Shown here: positions 1 through 12,045 of the stretch, piece by piece
Numbering within the stretch: the stretch's first letter is position 1
How the letters are laid out: each line of letters begins with the position of its first letter
Source of the DNA: Candidatus Eiseniibacteriota bacterium
Lineage (GTDB): Bacteria > Eisenbacteria > RBG-16-71-46
Direction: 5' to 3'
DNA length: 64,000 nt
Assembly (NCBI GenBank): GCA_963717935.1
Contig: CAVQXP010000004.1
Span: 224,001 to 288,000 of the forward strand
The notes under the pieces: generated by a model
The model's database searches: none
What the model saw: only the letters and a program-made list of their open reading frames with translations
Told to the model about the DNA's origin: nothing
Made by a program: the position numbers and the translations under genes

Positions 1-204
1 GGCGATGACCTCGTCGAGCAGGCCCCGCCAGAGCATGTTGATGACCGCGCGCGGGGGGTACTCCATGTACTCCCCGTACGGGCACGCTCCGGCGCACGTC
101 CCGCACTGCAGACAGGTCATGATCTGGCGACCCTCGGGCGTGGCCAGCAGGGTCTCCAGTGTGGTGTCGGTCGGACAGGTGACAGTGCGTTCAACGAGAG
201 CCAT
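1..204 (-). CDS. 4Fe-4S dicluster protein, heterodisulfide reductase subunit C-like (5' part; runs off the window)
   Basis: Not in the ORF track. Manual translation from ATG 204 gives MALVERTVTCPTDTTLETLLATPEGRQIMTCLQCGTCAGACPYGEYMEYPPRAVINML, with CxxCxxCxxxCP followed by the M(D/E)xxPR segment typical of HdrC. Purine-rich RBS upstream. Confidence 0.8.
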   Translation of the reverse strand, partial: MALVERTVTCPTDTTLETLLATPEGRQIMTCLQCGTCAGACPYGEYMEYPPRAVINMLWRGLLDEVIA

Positions 205-217
205 GGGTCGTCCCTTC

Positions 218-2256
<2,039 letters not shown>

Positions 2257-2260
<4 letters not shown>

Positions 2261-3243
2261 GCGCCGGCCTTCCGGGCCTCGATGGCGGCCTTCAGGGGCT
2301 CGACCAGATCGAAGAGGTCCATGACCGCACCGTACTTGGCGACATCGAAGATCGGAGCGCTGGGGTCGGTGTTGATGGCGATGATCATCGGCGAGTCCTT
2401 CATGCCCTCCTGGTGTTCCGGAGCGCCGCTGATCCCCAGTGCGAGGTAGAGCCTGGGCTTGACGGTCATGCCGGACTTGCCGACCTGACGGGTCAGCGGA
2501 AGCCAGCCCTGGTCGATGACCGGGCGCGAGCCGCAGACCGCGCCACCCAGCAGCGCGGCGAGCTCTTCGCCCAGGGCGATGTTGTCCTGGGTCTGGATGC
2601 CGCGGCCGAGGGCCACGAGGATGTTCTGCTTCGTGATGTCGACGTCGCCGGCCGGGGGCGCGATGAACGCCTTGAACGTCACCGGCGAGGCCTCCAGCGG
2701 AACCTCCACGTTCCGTACGGGCGGCGTCTTCTCGCTTCGGCCCGCGTCCGCGGGGAAGGAACCCGGATTGACGCCGATGATGCCGCGTCCCGCCGGGAGA
2801 CGGACATCCGTGAGGATCTTCCCGCCGAACAGCTGGCTGGTGACGAGCACGTCGGGCCCGTCCGCCTTCGCGTCCTTGCAGTAACTGACGAAGGGGAGGT
2901 CCATCCGCGCCGAGAGGATCGAGCCGACCCCCATGGTGACGTTCGTCCCGCCGAGCAGGACCAATCCGACCGACTCCTTCTCCATCAGGCTCTTGAGCAG
3001 GGCCCCGAGCGTGGCGGCCGCCGGCATCTCGAGCGCGGGAGCGGACACGACCAGGACCTCGTCGGCCAGGCCCAGGCCGGATGCAAGGGAAGCGACGTCG
3101 CTGCCGACCAGCGCCACGCGAAGGGGCACGCCCCGCGCGTCCGCCAGTCTCCGGCCCGCACCGAGCATCTCGAACGTGATATCCGCGACCTCGCCCCTGA
3201 GGTGCTCCGCCAGGATGAGGATTCCGTCTGCCATGGTCGTCAC
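2257..3243 (-). CDS. etfA: Electron transfer flavoprotein alpha subunit
   Basis: GSRPVID, RQVGKSGMTVKP, GISGAPEH, IAINTD motifs; the start may be ATG 3234. Confidence 0.95.
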
Positions 3244-3248
3244 CCCCC

Positions 3249-4019
3249 TCAGATCAGGCTCTGGTTCGCGAGCAGGTCCACGAGACGGCTCGCCACCTCT
3301 TCCGGCGAACCCTCCAGCATCTCCGCGCGTCCGGCGCTCTCCGGCTTGAACATCTTCTCGATCGGGAAGCGGGCGGGTCGATCCGGCGTCACGTCCACGG
3401 TCTCCAGGGTGGAGGACTTCATGGCCGCGCGCACCTTCGCGATGGGCACGTACCGCGGCGGCTTCTCGGCCGCCTGGATCCCCAGCACCGCCGCCATCGG
3501 AAGGCTGAACTCCCCGCGCAGGCCGCCGGCGAATTCCTTCGTCACCACGAGCCCGCCGTCGCCGGGTGCGACCACCACCACCACACCCACGTACGGCAGC
3601 CCCAGCAGGTCCGCGAGGAAGGGACCGATCTCACCCTCGATGTCGTCGATCGCCTGGCTGCGCAACAGGATCAGGGCGTCCCCCCCGACCGCGCCGGCCG
3701 ACTTGAGGAAGTCGGCGAACAACTTCGCCGCCGAGAGACTGCGCACCTCGCCCAGATCTCCGGTGAGCTTGACGGCACGATCCGCGCCCTTGGCCAGCGC
3801 CTGGAACAGCGCCTCTTCCACCTCGGGGGCGTCGAGGGCCACGACGGTCACCGTGCCCCCGTGCCTCTCCTTCAGCAGCAGGGCCTGCTCGAGGGCATGT
3901 TCGTCGGAGTCGCTGAGCTTGAATCTCAGCCACTCCGCGTCCAGCGACTTGTTGTCCGCGGCGACGGCCAGCTCTTCGACCGTATCGGGAACCGTCTTCA
4001 GCAGGACGAACAGGTTCAT
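3249..4019 (-). CDS. etfB: Electron transfer flavoprotein beta subunit
   Basis: LLKTVPD, DEHALEQAL, ALAKGADRAV, PRY motifs; directly upstream of etfA. Confidence 0.95.
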   Translation of the reverse strand: MNLFVLLKTVPDTVEELAVAADNKSLDAEWLRFKLSDSDEHALEQALLLKERHGGTVTVVALDAPEVEEALFQALAKGADRAVKLTGDLGEVRSLSAAKLFADFLKSAGAVGGDALILLRSQAIDDIEGEIGPFLADLLGLPYVGVVVVVAPGDGGLVVTKEFAGGLRGEFSLPMAAVLGIQAAEKPPRYVPIAKVRAAMKSSTLETVDVTPDRPARFPIEKMFKPESAGRAEMLEGSPEEVASRLVDLLANQSLI

Positions 4020-4308
4020 GGGCCGATACCTCGCTTTGGGCGATCCTCACTGTGACGTGATCTGTCGAACGACATGGGGTGTCTCGGTCATCGCCGGCCC
4101 ACGGGCAGAGGCAGGTGCTGGGGCGCGACGAAGCGACGGTGTCCCCGCGGATGCCGTCGCCGGACTCGAAGCCGGACAATAGCAGCGCAGGCCGTGATGC
4201 TCTATCCGGCGCGACGCCGACCGAGGCATCGAGCCCCTGTCGGCATCGGATCGGCAGCGCCCCGCGGCCTGCACCTTGAAGCGGGACAACAGTTCCGCGT
4301 ATCCAGCT

Positions 4309-4325
4309 TGCATGGAGGGTGCCAA
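4309..4325 (-). promoter_or_regulatory. Putative sigma54 (-24/-12) promoter for the etfBA operon
   Basis: Minus strand TTGGCACCCTCCATGCA fits TGGCAC-N5-(T)TGCA with exact GG-N10-GC spacing, about 290 bp upstream of etfB. Confidence 0.6.
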
Positions 4326-4941
4326 CACCGCTGGGGAACTGGAGGGCCATCGCCCGCCTCCATCACGCGTCCGGAGCGGCGTTCTTCGGGGTTCGCCCGG
4401 CGTTCGCGTCCCTGTCCGGCCACCACCCCCTGCCCCACCGGCTTTCCCCCGTCGGGCACCCGGCGCGGCGCTCTGCGCGACTCCTGGAACCAGATGGGTC
4501 CGCCTAACCTCATGTCGTTCATCCGATTCCTCGAATCAACGAGGCTCGGTGGATTCGGCCGGCCGCCTCCAGGTCCCCGTCGGGGGCCCCGGCCTTCATG
4601 CGCGATCGTGCCAGAAACCACCGTTCTCCCGGGAAGAACAGGGATGTCCCCCGGCATGACGCCCCTGACAGACCTGACAGCCAGACCGACCGTGGCCGCG
4701 GGCTCTCGAGCCTGCGTGGGACCCCGATTCGTGGAGCAGCCTCGCGCGTCTCCCGGTGATCGATGTCCGCGCGAGACCGCGACCTCGCGTGAGCGAGGAG
4801 GAGCGCGCGGAATCGCTCGGCGTGGCTACAACGCTCCGGGCATGCGCTCACGTTGACGTCGCGACGCACGGAAACAGATACTCCGATGAGCTGAGACGAT
4901 GGGCGCCGTCGCGACGACGGCACCACCACCAGGGGGGACTC

Positions 4942-7314
4942 ATGGCATTCCAATTCGGGCCGCGCCGGGGCCGCTACGTCGAGGTCGCCGCCGCGACGCG
5001 CGACCAGGCACCGGCACTCCCGCCGCAGGAGCTGGAGCACTTCGAGGCCTTCGACCTCATCTACCGCTCGCTCTGCGCGGTGCTCTACAACTACGTCCCC
5101 CTGTCGGGGCACCCTGGCGGCTCCATCTCGTCGGGCCGCTTCGTGGCCGGCCTGCTCTTCGACGCGATGGACTACGACGTCAGCAGCCCGGACCGTGACG
5201 ACGCCGACCTGATCTCGTACGCGGCCGGGCACAAGGCTCTCGGCCTGTACGCCATGTGGGCGCTGCGAAACGAGTTACTGCGAGCCGGCGCACCCGACCT
5301 GCTGCCGCGCGACGAGAGACACCAGTTGCGGCTCGAGGACCTGCTCGGCTTCCGTCGCAATCCCTCCAGCCGCACTCCCCTGTTCCTGAAGTTCAAGGCC
5401 AAGCCGCTCGACGGCCATCCGACGCCGGGCACGCCCTTCCTCCGGCTCTCGACCGGCGCCTCGGGCGTGGGCGTGTCGGCCTCGCTGGGCCTGGCGTTCG
5501 GCGCTCGCGACTACTACGGCGCGGGCGCCCCGCGCGTGCACATCGTCGAGGGCGAGGGCGGCATGACGCCCGGCCGCGTCGTGGAGGCCCTGGCCGGCGC
5601 CGGCACCGCCTCGCTCGACAACGCCGTGCTCCACGTGGACTGGAACCAGGCCTCGATCGACTCGAACCAGGTCTGCCGCGACGGCGAGAAGCCCGGCGAC
5701 TACGTGCAGTGGACGCCGGCGGAGCTGGCCTACCTGCACGACTGGAACGTCGTGTTCGTGCCCGACGGCAAGGACTTCCAGCAGGTGCTCGCCGCCCAGC
5801 GCCTGGCGGTCACGATGGGCAACTCGCAGCCCACGGCCATCGTCTACCGCACCGTCAAGGGCTGGCAGTACGGCGTCGAGGGCCGCGGCTCGCATGGCGC
5901 CGGCCACGCGCTCTGCTCGGACGGCTTCTACCAGGCGGTGCAGCCGCTGCTCGGCGACGCGAAGCAGGCCCTGCCCTGCTGCCAGGGCCTCGACGCGCGG
6001 CGCTGCGCGGGACCAGGCGGCCCGGCGGTCGTGGAGGCCTGCTTCTGGGACGCGCTGCAGGTCATCCGCAAGGCCGTCGAGACGAGGCCCGCGATGGTGC
6101 AGCACCTCGCCGGCCGGCTGCGCGCCGCACGCGAGCGGCTCGACGCCCGGGCGCGCAAGCCCCGCGCGGGCGCGCCCCGCGTCGAGGCCGTGTACGAGAG
6201 CATCGCGCAGGACGGCGGCGCGATCCCCGCGCCCCTGCGGCTCGCCCCCGGCACCGTGACCACGCTGCGCAACGAGCTGGGCCGCACGCTCCACCACCTC
6301 AACCAGGCCAGCGGCGGCGCGTTGTTCGTGGCTTCGGCCGACCTGCTGGGCTCGACCAGCGTGAACAAGGTCACCGAGGGCTTCCCCGCCGGCTTCTGGA
6401 ACACCACGACCAATCCCGGGTCGCGCACGCTCGCGATCGGCGGCATCTGCGAGGACGGCATGAGCGGCGTCGTCTCGGGCCTCGGCAACTTCGGCCGGCA
6501 CATCGGCGTGGCCTCCTCCTACGCGGCCTTCCTCGCCCCGCTCGCCCACGTCTCCGCCCGCCTGCACGCCATCGGCAACCAGGCGCGCCGCGGCGTGGAC
6601 GGCGGGCCGTACCGGCCGCTCATCCTGATCTGCGCGCACGCCGGGTTGAAGACCGGTGAGGACGGCCCGACCCACGCCGACCCGCAGGCGCTCCAGTTGC
6701 TGCAGGAGAACTTCCCGCCCGGGACCGCCATGACGCTCACGCCCTGGGACCCCGCGGAACTGTGGCCGCTGGTCTCCGCCGCGCTCGCGCGACGGCCGGC
6801 CGTGCTCGCGCCGTTCGTCACGCGACCCAGCGAGACCGTGCCCGACCGCGCGAAGCTGGGCCTCGCTCCCGTCGAGGCGGCCCGCACCGGCGTCTACCGG
6901 CTGCGCGCGCCGAGGGCGAAGGCCGACGGCACGCTGGTGCTCCAGGAGAGCGCGGTCACGCTGGCCTTCGTCGCCGACGTGCTGCCCCGCCTCGAGCAGG
7001 AAGGCGTGGACCTGGACATCTACTACGTGGCGAGCGCCGAGCTGTTCGACGCGCTGCCGGCCGCGGAGCGCGAGCGCATCTTCCCCGAGGCGGGCGCCCG
7101 GGAGGCCATGGGCATCACCGGCTTCACCTTCGCCACGATGTACCGCTGGGTGAGGTCCGACCGCGGGCGGGCGGCCACGCTGCATCCCTACCTCAAGGGC
7201 CACTACCCGGGCAGCGGCCAGGGAGCGGCCGTCCTGCACGAGGCGGGGCTGGACGCGGAGGCGCAGCATGCGGCCATCCGCGGCTACCTCGACGTGAAGG
7301 CGAGGAGCCGGTAG
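4942..7314 (+). CDS. Transketolase-like ThDP-dependent enzyme (divergent)
   Basis: SGHPGGSIS, AAGH, LDGHP, STGASGVG, DWNQASID, TVKG, SHG, SADL, GICEDGM, GEDGPTH motifs; start set at ATG 4942 after a G-rich RBS. Confidence 0.85.
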   Translation: MAFQFGPRRGRYVEVAAATRDQAPALPPQELEHFEAFDLIYRSLCAVLYNYVPLSGHPGGSISSGRFVAGLLFDAMDYDVSSPDRDDADLISYAAGHKALGLYAMWALRNELLRAGAPDLLPRDERHQLRLEDLLGFRRNPSSRTPLFLKFKAKPLDGHPTPGTPFLRLSTGASGVGVSASLGLAFGARDYYGAGAPRVHIVEGEGGMTPGRVVEALAGAGTASLDNAVLHVDWNQASIDSNQVCRDGEKPGDYVQWTPAELAYLHDWNVVFVPDGKDFQQVLAAQRLAVTMGNSQPTAIVYRTVKGWQYGVEGRGSHGAGHALCSDGFYQAVQPLLGDAKQALPCCQGLDARRCAGPGGPAVVEACFWDALQVIRKAVETRPAMVQHLAGRLRAARERLDARARKPRAGAPRVEAVYESIAQDGGAIPAPLRLAPGTVTTLRNELGRTLHHLNQASGGALFVASADLLGSTSVNKVTEGFPAGFWNTTTNPGSRTLAIGGICEDGMSGVVSGLGNFGRHIGVASSYAAFLAPLAHVSARLHAIGNQARRGVDGGPYRPLILICAHAGLKTGEDGPTHADPQALQLLQENFPPGTAMTLTPWDPAELWPLVSAALARRPAVLAPFVTRPSETVPDRAKLGLAPVEAARTGVYRLRAPRAKADGTLVLQESAVTLAFVADVLPRLEQEGVDLDIYYVASAELFDALPAAERERIFPEAGAREAMGITGFTFATMYRWVRSDRGRAATLHPYLKGHYPGSGQGAAVLHEAGLDAEAQHAAIRGYLDVKARSR

Positions 7315-7363
7315 CGCAGGCGGCCCGCGTCCGGCCGCCCGCCACCTGCGGCGCTCCGAAGCG

Positions 7364-7401
7364 ACGAGCGACCCGGGCCCTCGCGGACCCGGGTCGCTCG
7401 T
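7364..7401. terminator. 14-bp hairpin between convergent genes, possible bidirectional terminator
   Basis: ACGAGCGACCCGGG (7364-7377) pairs perfectly with CCCGGGTCGCTCGT (7388-7401); no U-tract. Confidence 0.5.
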
Positions 7402-7417
7402 TCACGGCCGGCGCGGA

Positions 7418-7885
7418 CTACTCGGACTGGTTGGCGAGGTAGACCTGCAGGCCCATCTGCGCGATCTGCGCCCGCTGCACCTCGGCCCAGTCCACGTGCT
7501 CCTCTTCCATCTTGAGGATCTTCGTGAGCAGGTCCGCGGTGGCCTGGTCCTCGGCCTCGCGCGCCACGCGGATCGCGGAGTTGTAGGCGCGCACCGCGCT
7601 CAGTTCGGCCTCCTCGTCGTGCGCGACCATCTGCGTGACGTCCTTGCCGATCTTCATGGCGTTGAGCTTCGAGACGACCGGCATGCCATCGAGGAACAGG
7701 ATCCGCTGGATGAGCCACTCGGCGTGCTTCATCTCCTCCATGGCCTGCTTCTCGATGGCGCCGTGGAGTTTCTTGTAGCCCCAGCTCTCGCACATCTCCG
7801 AGTGCACCATGTACTGGCTGATGGCGGTCAGCTCCTCCGCCAGCAACTCGTTCAGGACGGCCAGCACCTTGTCGTTGCCCTTCAT
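7418..7885 (-). CDS. bfr: Bacterioferritin
   Basis: MKGNDKV, ELTAISQYMVH, EEMKHA (ferroxidase ligands and heme Met), RILFLDG, EEEHVDW. Confidence 0.95.
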   Translation of the reverse strand: MKGNDKVLAVLNELLAEELTAISQYMVHSEMCESWGYKKLHGAIEKQAMEEMKHAEWLIQRILFLDGMPVVSKLNAMKIGKDVTQMVAHDEEAELSAVRAYNSAIRVAREAEDQATADLLTKILKMEEEHVDWAEVQRAQIAQMGLQVYLANQSE

Positions 7886-8093
7886 CGTCCGTTCCCTCCT
7901 TGCGATGTGAACGCAGCGTATCCGGGCACGGTGCTCGCCTGCACGTTGCCCGTCAAGTCGGCCTCGATGCCACCGCGGCGCACGGCCGCTGCGCCCACCC
8001 CGACACCCGTCATCCAGCGGGACTTCGCGATGGACTCCCTCCCGCCCGGCCGCCCCCGCTCACCTGCGGGCGGAGAGCCGCAGCCCCGCGCCG

Positions 8094-8597
8094 TCAGCGC
8101 GCCGGGCGCCCCAGCAGCAGCCGGCGCGCGTACGGGATCAGGCCGCCCGCGTCGATGATCGCCTGCCGCGCCTGCGGCAGGGGCTCGATCGCGAACGACT
8201 TGCCCGAGGTCCGGTTCCAGACCTTGCCGTCCTTGATCTCGAGCTCGTCGCCCTCCTCCGCCTCGATCGTCGGGCAGATCACCATGGCGAGCCCGACGTT
8301 GATCGAGTTCTGCAGGAAGATGCGCGCGAAGTGCCGCGCGATGACGGTGACCTCGTAGCCCTTGATGCACGAGGCGGCCTGCTCGCGGGAGGAGCCGCAG
8401 CCGAAGTTGCCCCCCGCCACGATGAACGAGCCGGGCGGGATCTCCTTCGCCTTCAGCCTCCGGTTGAACTCCGCGTCGTCCACGAAGGCGAACTGCGGCG
8501 TCTCCGTCGGCAGCACCGTCGCCATGAACCGGCCCGGGTAGATGATGTCGGTCGAGACGTCGTCGCCGAGCTTGCGCACGACCTTGCCGGTGGCCAT
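8094..8597 (-). CDS. Isopropylmalate isomerase/homoaconitase family small subunit (LeuD-like)
   Basis: DDVSTDIIYPG, NFGCGSSREQA, FARIFLQNSINVGL, AGGL. Confidence 0.9.
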   Translation of the reverse strand: MATGKVVRKLGDDVSTDIIYPGRFMATVLPTETPQFAFVDDAEFNRRLKAKEIPPGSFIVAGGNFGCGSSREQAASCIKGYEVTVIARHFARIFLQNSINVGLAMVICPTIEAEEGDELEIKDGKVWNRTSGKSFAIEPLPQARQAIIDAGGLIPYARRLLLGRPAR

Positions 8598-8598
8598 C

Positions 8599-9888
8599 TC
8601 AGTCCACTCCTCTCGGGTCGGAGATCACGCCGGTGATCGCGCTGGCCGCCGCAACCGCGGTCGAGCACAGGTAGACCTCGGCGTTCGGGTTGCCCATCCG
8701 CCCCTTGAAGTTGCGGTTGGTGGTGGCGAGCGCCGTCTCGCCGTCGGCCAGCGCGCCCTGGTGCACGCCCAGGCACGGGCCGCAGCCGGGATTGCACACC
8801 ACCGCGCCGGCCGCGACGATGTCGCGCAGGTAGCCCAGGCGCAGCGCCTCGGAGTAGATGCGCCACGAGGCCGGGAACACCAGCATGCGGGTGCTGTCCG
8901 CCACGCGCTTGCCCTTGAGGATCTTCGCCGCCACCTCGAGGTCGTCGAGCCGGCCGTTGGTGCACGAGCCGACCACGATCTGCTGCACCTTCTTCCCCTT
9001 CACCTCGCCGATCGGCTTGACGTTGTCCACCGTGTGCGGGCAGGCGATCTGCGGCCCCAGCGTCGTCACGTCGATCTCGATCACCTGGTCGTAGACCGCG
9101 TCCGCGTCCGGCCCGAACAGGTCGAGCGCGTCCTTCACGCCGGCCTCGTCGCGCAGGTAGCGCTCGGTCTCGGCGTCGGGCGGCACCACGCCGGCCGTGG
9201 CGCCGGCCTCCACGGTCATGTTGCAGAGCACCAGCCGGCCCGAGGTCGGCATGGTCCTGATCGCCTCGCCGTGGAACTCGATGACCTTGTAGTTCGCGCC
9301 CTCGGCCGTGAGCTTCCCGACCAGGTGGAGGATCAGGTCCTTCGGGTACACCCCTCGGGGAAGCGGCCCGTTCACCACGACCTTGATGGTGCCGGGCACT
9401 TCCACGTTGAGGATGCTGCCCAGCGCCCACACCGCGGCCATCTCGGTGGCGCCGATGCCGAAGGCGAAGGCCCCGAGCGCGCCGTGCGTCGTGGTGTGGC
9501 TGTCGGTGCCCACCAGCACGAAGCCCGGCCGCACGTAGCCGTTCTCGGGCAGGATCTGGTGGCAGATGCCGCCCACGTCGCCGCGGATGTCGTGGAACTT
9601 GGTGATGCCCTGCTTCGCGATGAAGTCGCGGATCTTCTTCTGGTTGGTCGCCGTCTTCGACGACTCCGCCGGCACGCGGTGGTCGAAGATGATGGCGATG
9701 CGCGACGGATCCCAGACCTTCGGCTCCCGGCCGGTGCCCTGGAAGATCTCGTTGAACTGGTTGATGACGAGCGCGCCGTTCTCGTGCGACATCGCCAGGT
9801 GGACCGGCGGCTCGAGGACGTCGCCCACCGCCACCGCGGGCTTGCCGCAGGCGCGGGCCAGCAGTTTCTGCACGTAGGTCATGCCCAT
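8599..9888 (-). CDS. Isopropylmalate isomerase/homoaconitase family large subunit (LeuC-like, short archaeal type)
   Basis: IFDH, GICHQ, GTDSHTTTHGA, GSCTNGR, PGCGPCLG, TNRNFKGRMG; true start MGMTYVQK at 9888 after AGGAGG. Confidence 0.9.
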   Translation of the reverse strand: MGMTYVQKLLARACGKPAVAVGDVLEPPVHLAMSHENGALVINQFNEIFQGTGREPKVWDPSRIAIIFDHRVPAESSKTATNQKKIRDFIAKQGITKFHDIRGDVGGICHQILPENGYVRPGFVLVGTDSHTTTHGALGAFAFGIGATEMAAVWALGSILNVEVPGTIKVVVNGPLPRGVYPKDLILHLVGKLTAEGANYKVIEFHGEAIRTMPTSGRLVLCNMTVEAGATAGVVPPDAETERYLRDEAGVKDALDLFGPDADAVYDQVIEIDVTTLGPQIACPHTVDNVKPIGEVKGKKVQQIVVGSCTNGRLDDLEVAAKILKGKRVADSTRMLVFPASWRIYSEALRLGYLRDIVAAGAVVCNPGCGPCLGVHQGALADGETALATTNRNFKGRMGNPNAEVYLCSTAVAAASAITGVISDPRGVD

Positions 9889-9917
9889 CGTGATCCCTTC
9901 CTCCTTCAGCGGCCGTG

Positions 9918-11118
9918 TCAGACGATGCCCTTCGACTTGAGCGCTGCCAGCTCCTCCGGCGTCACGCCGACGCCCGCCAGCACCTCCGCGGTGTGCGCGG
10001 ACAGGCGCGGCGGCGGCGCCGTGATGTCGCCCGGGGTCTTCTCGAACTTCGCGGTCAGCCCGAAGAGCGGCAGCGTGCCGAGCCCCTCCGCGGGCACCTG
10101 CTTGAGCGTGCCGCGGTGCCGGATCTGCGGCTGCTGGAGCGCGTCCTCCAGGCTCAGGATCTCCCCGCTCGGGACGTCCTTCGCGTTGAGCAGGTCCACC
10201 CACTCCTTCGTGGGGCGCTCGGCGAGCTTCACCTCGAGCAGCGGCGTCAGCACCTTGCGGTTCTGCTTGCGGATGTCGCGCTTCTGGAAACGCTCGTCGG
10301 TCTTGAGCTCCGGCACGCCGAGCACGTCGCAGACCGACTCCCACTGCTCCTGCTTGTTCGCGGCGATGTTGATGAAGCCGTCCTTCGTCCGGAACATGCC
10401 GGACGGCGCCGCGGTGAAGTTGTCGTTGCCCATGAGCACCGGCTGCTGCTTGCCGATCAGCAGGTTCGCCGCGACCCAGCCCATGAGCGGCATGATGGAA
10501 TCGAGCATCGCGACGTCGATGAACTGCCCCTCGCCCGACCGCTCGCGGTGGTAGAGGGCCGCCATGACGGCGAAGGCCGCGTTGAGCCCGCCCACCGTGT
10601 CGCACACCGGGAAGCCGGCGCGCAGCGGGTTCAGGCGCTCGTCGCCGTTGACGGCCATCTCGCCGCTCAGGCCCTGGATGATCTGGTCGTAGGCCGGCTT
10701 GAACGCGTCCGGCCCGGTCTGCCCGAAGCCCGAGATGGCGCAGTAGACCAGCCGCGGGTTGATCTGCCTTGAGGACGTCGTAGCCGAGCCCGAGCCGACC
10801 CATGACGTCCGGGCGGAAGTTCTCGACCAGCACGTCCGCGTCCTTCACCAGCCGCTTGAAGATCTCCTTGCCCTCGGGAGACTTGGTGTTGAGCGTCACC
10901 GACTTCTTGTTGGCGTTCTGGGCGAGGAAGCTGGTGCCCATCAACTGCTCGTTCAGCGCGGGCACGATGCCGAGCTTGCGGGCCAGGTCGCCGTCCTTCG
11001 GGTTCTCGATCTTGATGACCTCGGCGCCGAGCAGCGCCAGGTGCAGCGTGCAGAACGGCCCCGCCAGCACGTTCGTCAGGTCGAGGACCCGCACTCCGGA
11101 AAGGATGGACCTGCTCAT
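9918..11118 (-). CDS. Class III CoA-transferase (CaiB/BaiF family), +1 frameshift near 10767
   Basis: RVLDLTNVLAGPF, GAEVIKIE, NANKKSVTLN, ENFRP, then in the next frame NPRLVYCAISGFGQTGP, AYDQIIQG, GEGQFIDVAM. The span is 1201 nt = 3n+1. Confidence 0.85.
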
Positions 11119-12029
11119 GAAGGCTCCTTCGTCGCGATGGGCCCCGTCCGGTGGACGTAGCCCTGCATGTCACGTCCGAAATGCGCCGCCACGTCGCGCG
11201 CGACCGCGATCAGACGCTCGAGGTCCACGTCAGGGCGGAGGCCCTGCCGGTGCAGGACGTGGACGAGATCCTCGGTGGCCACGTTGCCGGCCGCCACCTT
11301 CGTGAAGGGGCAGCCGCCCGAGACCCGCGAAGGAGGTCTCGAACGACGTCACGCCCGCGCGCCGGGCCGCGAAGATGTTGGCCATGCCGAGACCGTAGGT
11401 GTTGTGGAAATGGCAGGTGCACTCGACCGCCGGGATCGAGGCCGAGCACCGACGCCGAACAGCCGCTCGACCTGCGCCGGGTCGGCGTGCCCGGCCGTGT
11501 CGGCCAGGCTGATGCTCCCGAGCCCCGCCTCGAGGTAGGCGCGCACCATGCCGAGCACGCGCTCCTCGGGAACCGGCCCTTCGAAGCCGCAGCCGAAGGC
11601 CGACTGCACCGAGACCTGCACCTTCTTCCCCGCCGCCACGGCCTGCTTCGCCGCGCCGATGATGCGCTGCGTGGCCTCTTCGGTCCCCATGCCGGTGTTC
11701 TTCCGGCTGTGGGTCTCGCTCGCCGAGGCGCCCAGGCAGAACATCTCGACCCCGCACTTCAGTCCGCGCTCGAGCCCCTTCTCGTTCAGCACCAGGCCCG
11801 AGAGCACCGTGGCGGAGGTCTTGCCCGCCGTCAGCCGCCGGAACAGCTCGTCGGTGTCGGCCATCTGCGGGACCTTCTCCGGGTGGACGAACGAGCCCAC
11901 CTGGACGATGTCCACGCCGGCGTCCATGACCCGGCGGATCCAGCCCTCCTTCGTCTCGAGCGGGACGACCTGCTTCTCCATCTGCAGCCCGTCCCGCGGG
12001 CCGACTTCGTGGATGACGATGCGCGTCAT
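11115..12029 (-). CDS. HMG-CoA lyase family (DRE-TIM) acyl-CoA lyase, three +1 frameshifts (about 11453, 11433, 11318)
   Basis: EVGPRDGLQ, SFVHPEKVPQMAD, AFGCGFEG, SLADTAG, HFHNTYG, GGCPF and GNVATEDLV are spread over three frames. Confidence 0.85.
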
Positions 12030-12045
12030 GATCTCCCCGGCCGCG

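Noticed and set aside
4020..4941. Hidden gene or riboswitch in the 0.9 kb divergent intergenic region
   Set aside because: The ORFs here lack protein-like composition and I recognised no riboswitch consensus. Only the sigma54-like motif was retained.
8599..11118. 839-aa ORF that looks like a CoA-transferase/LeuC fusion
   Set aside because: Artefact of the +1 frameshift near 10767. The middle is out-of-frame junk and LeuC has its own RBS and start at 9888.
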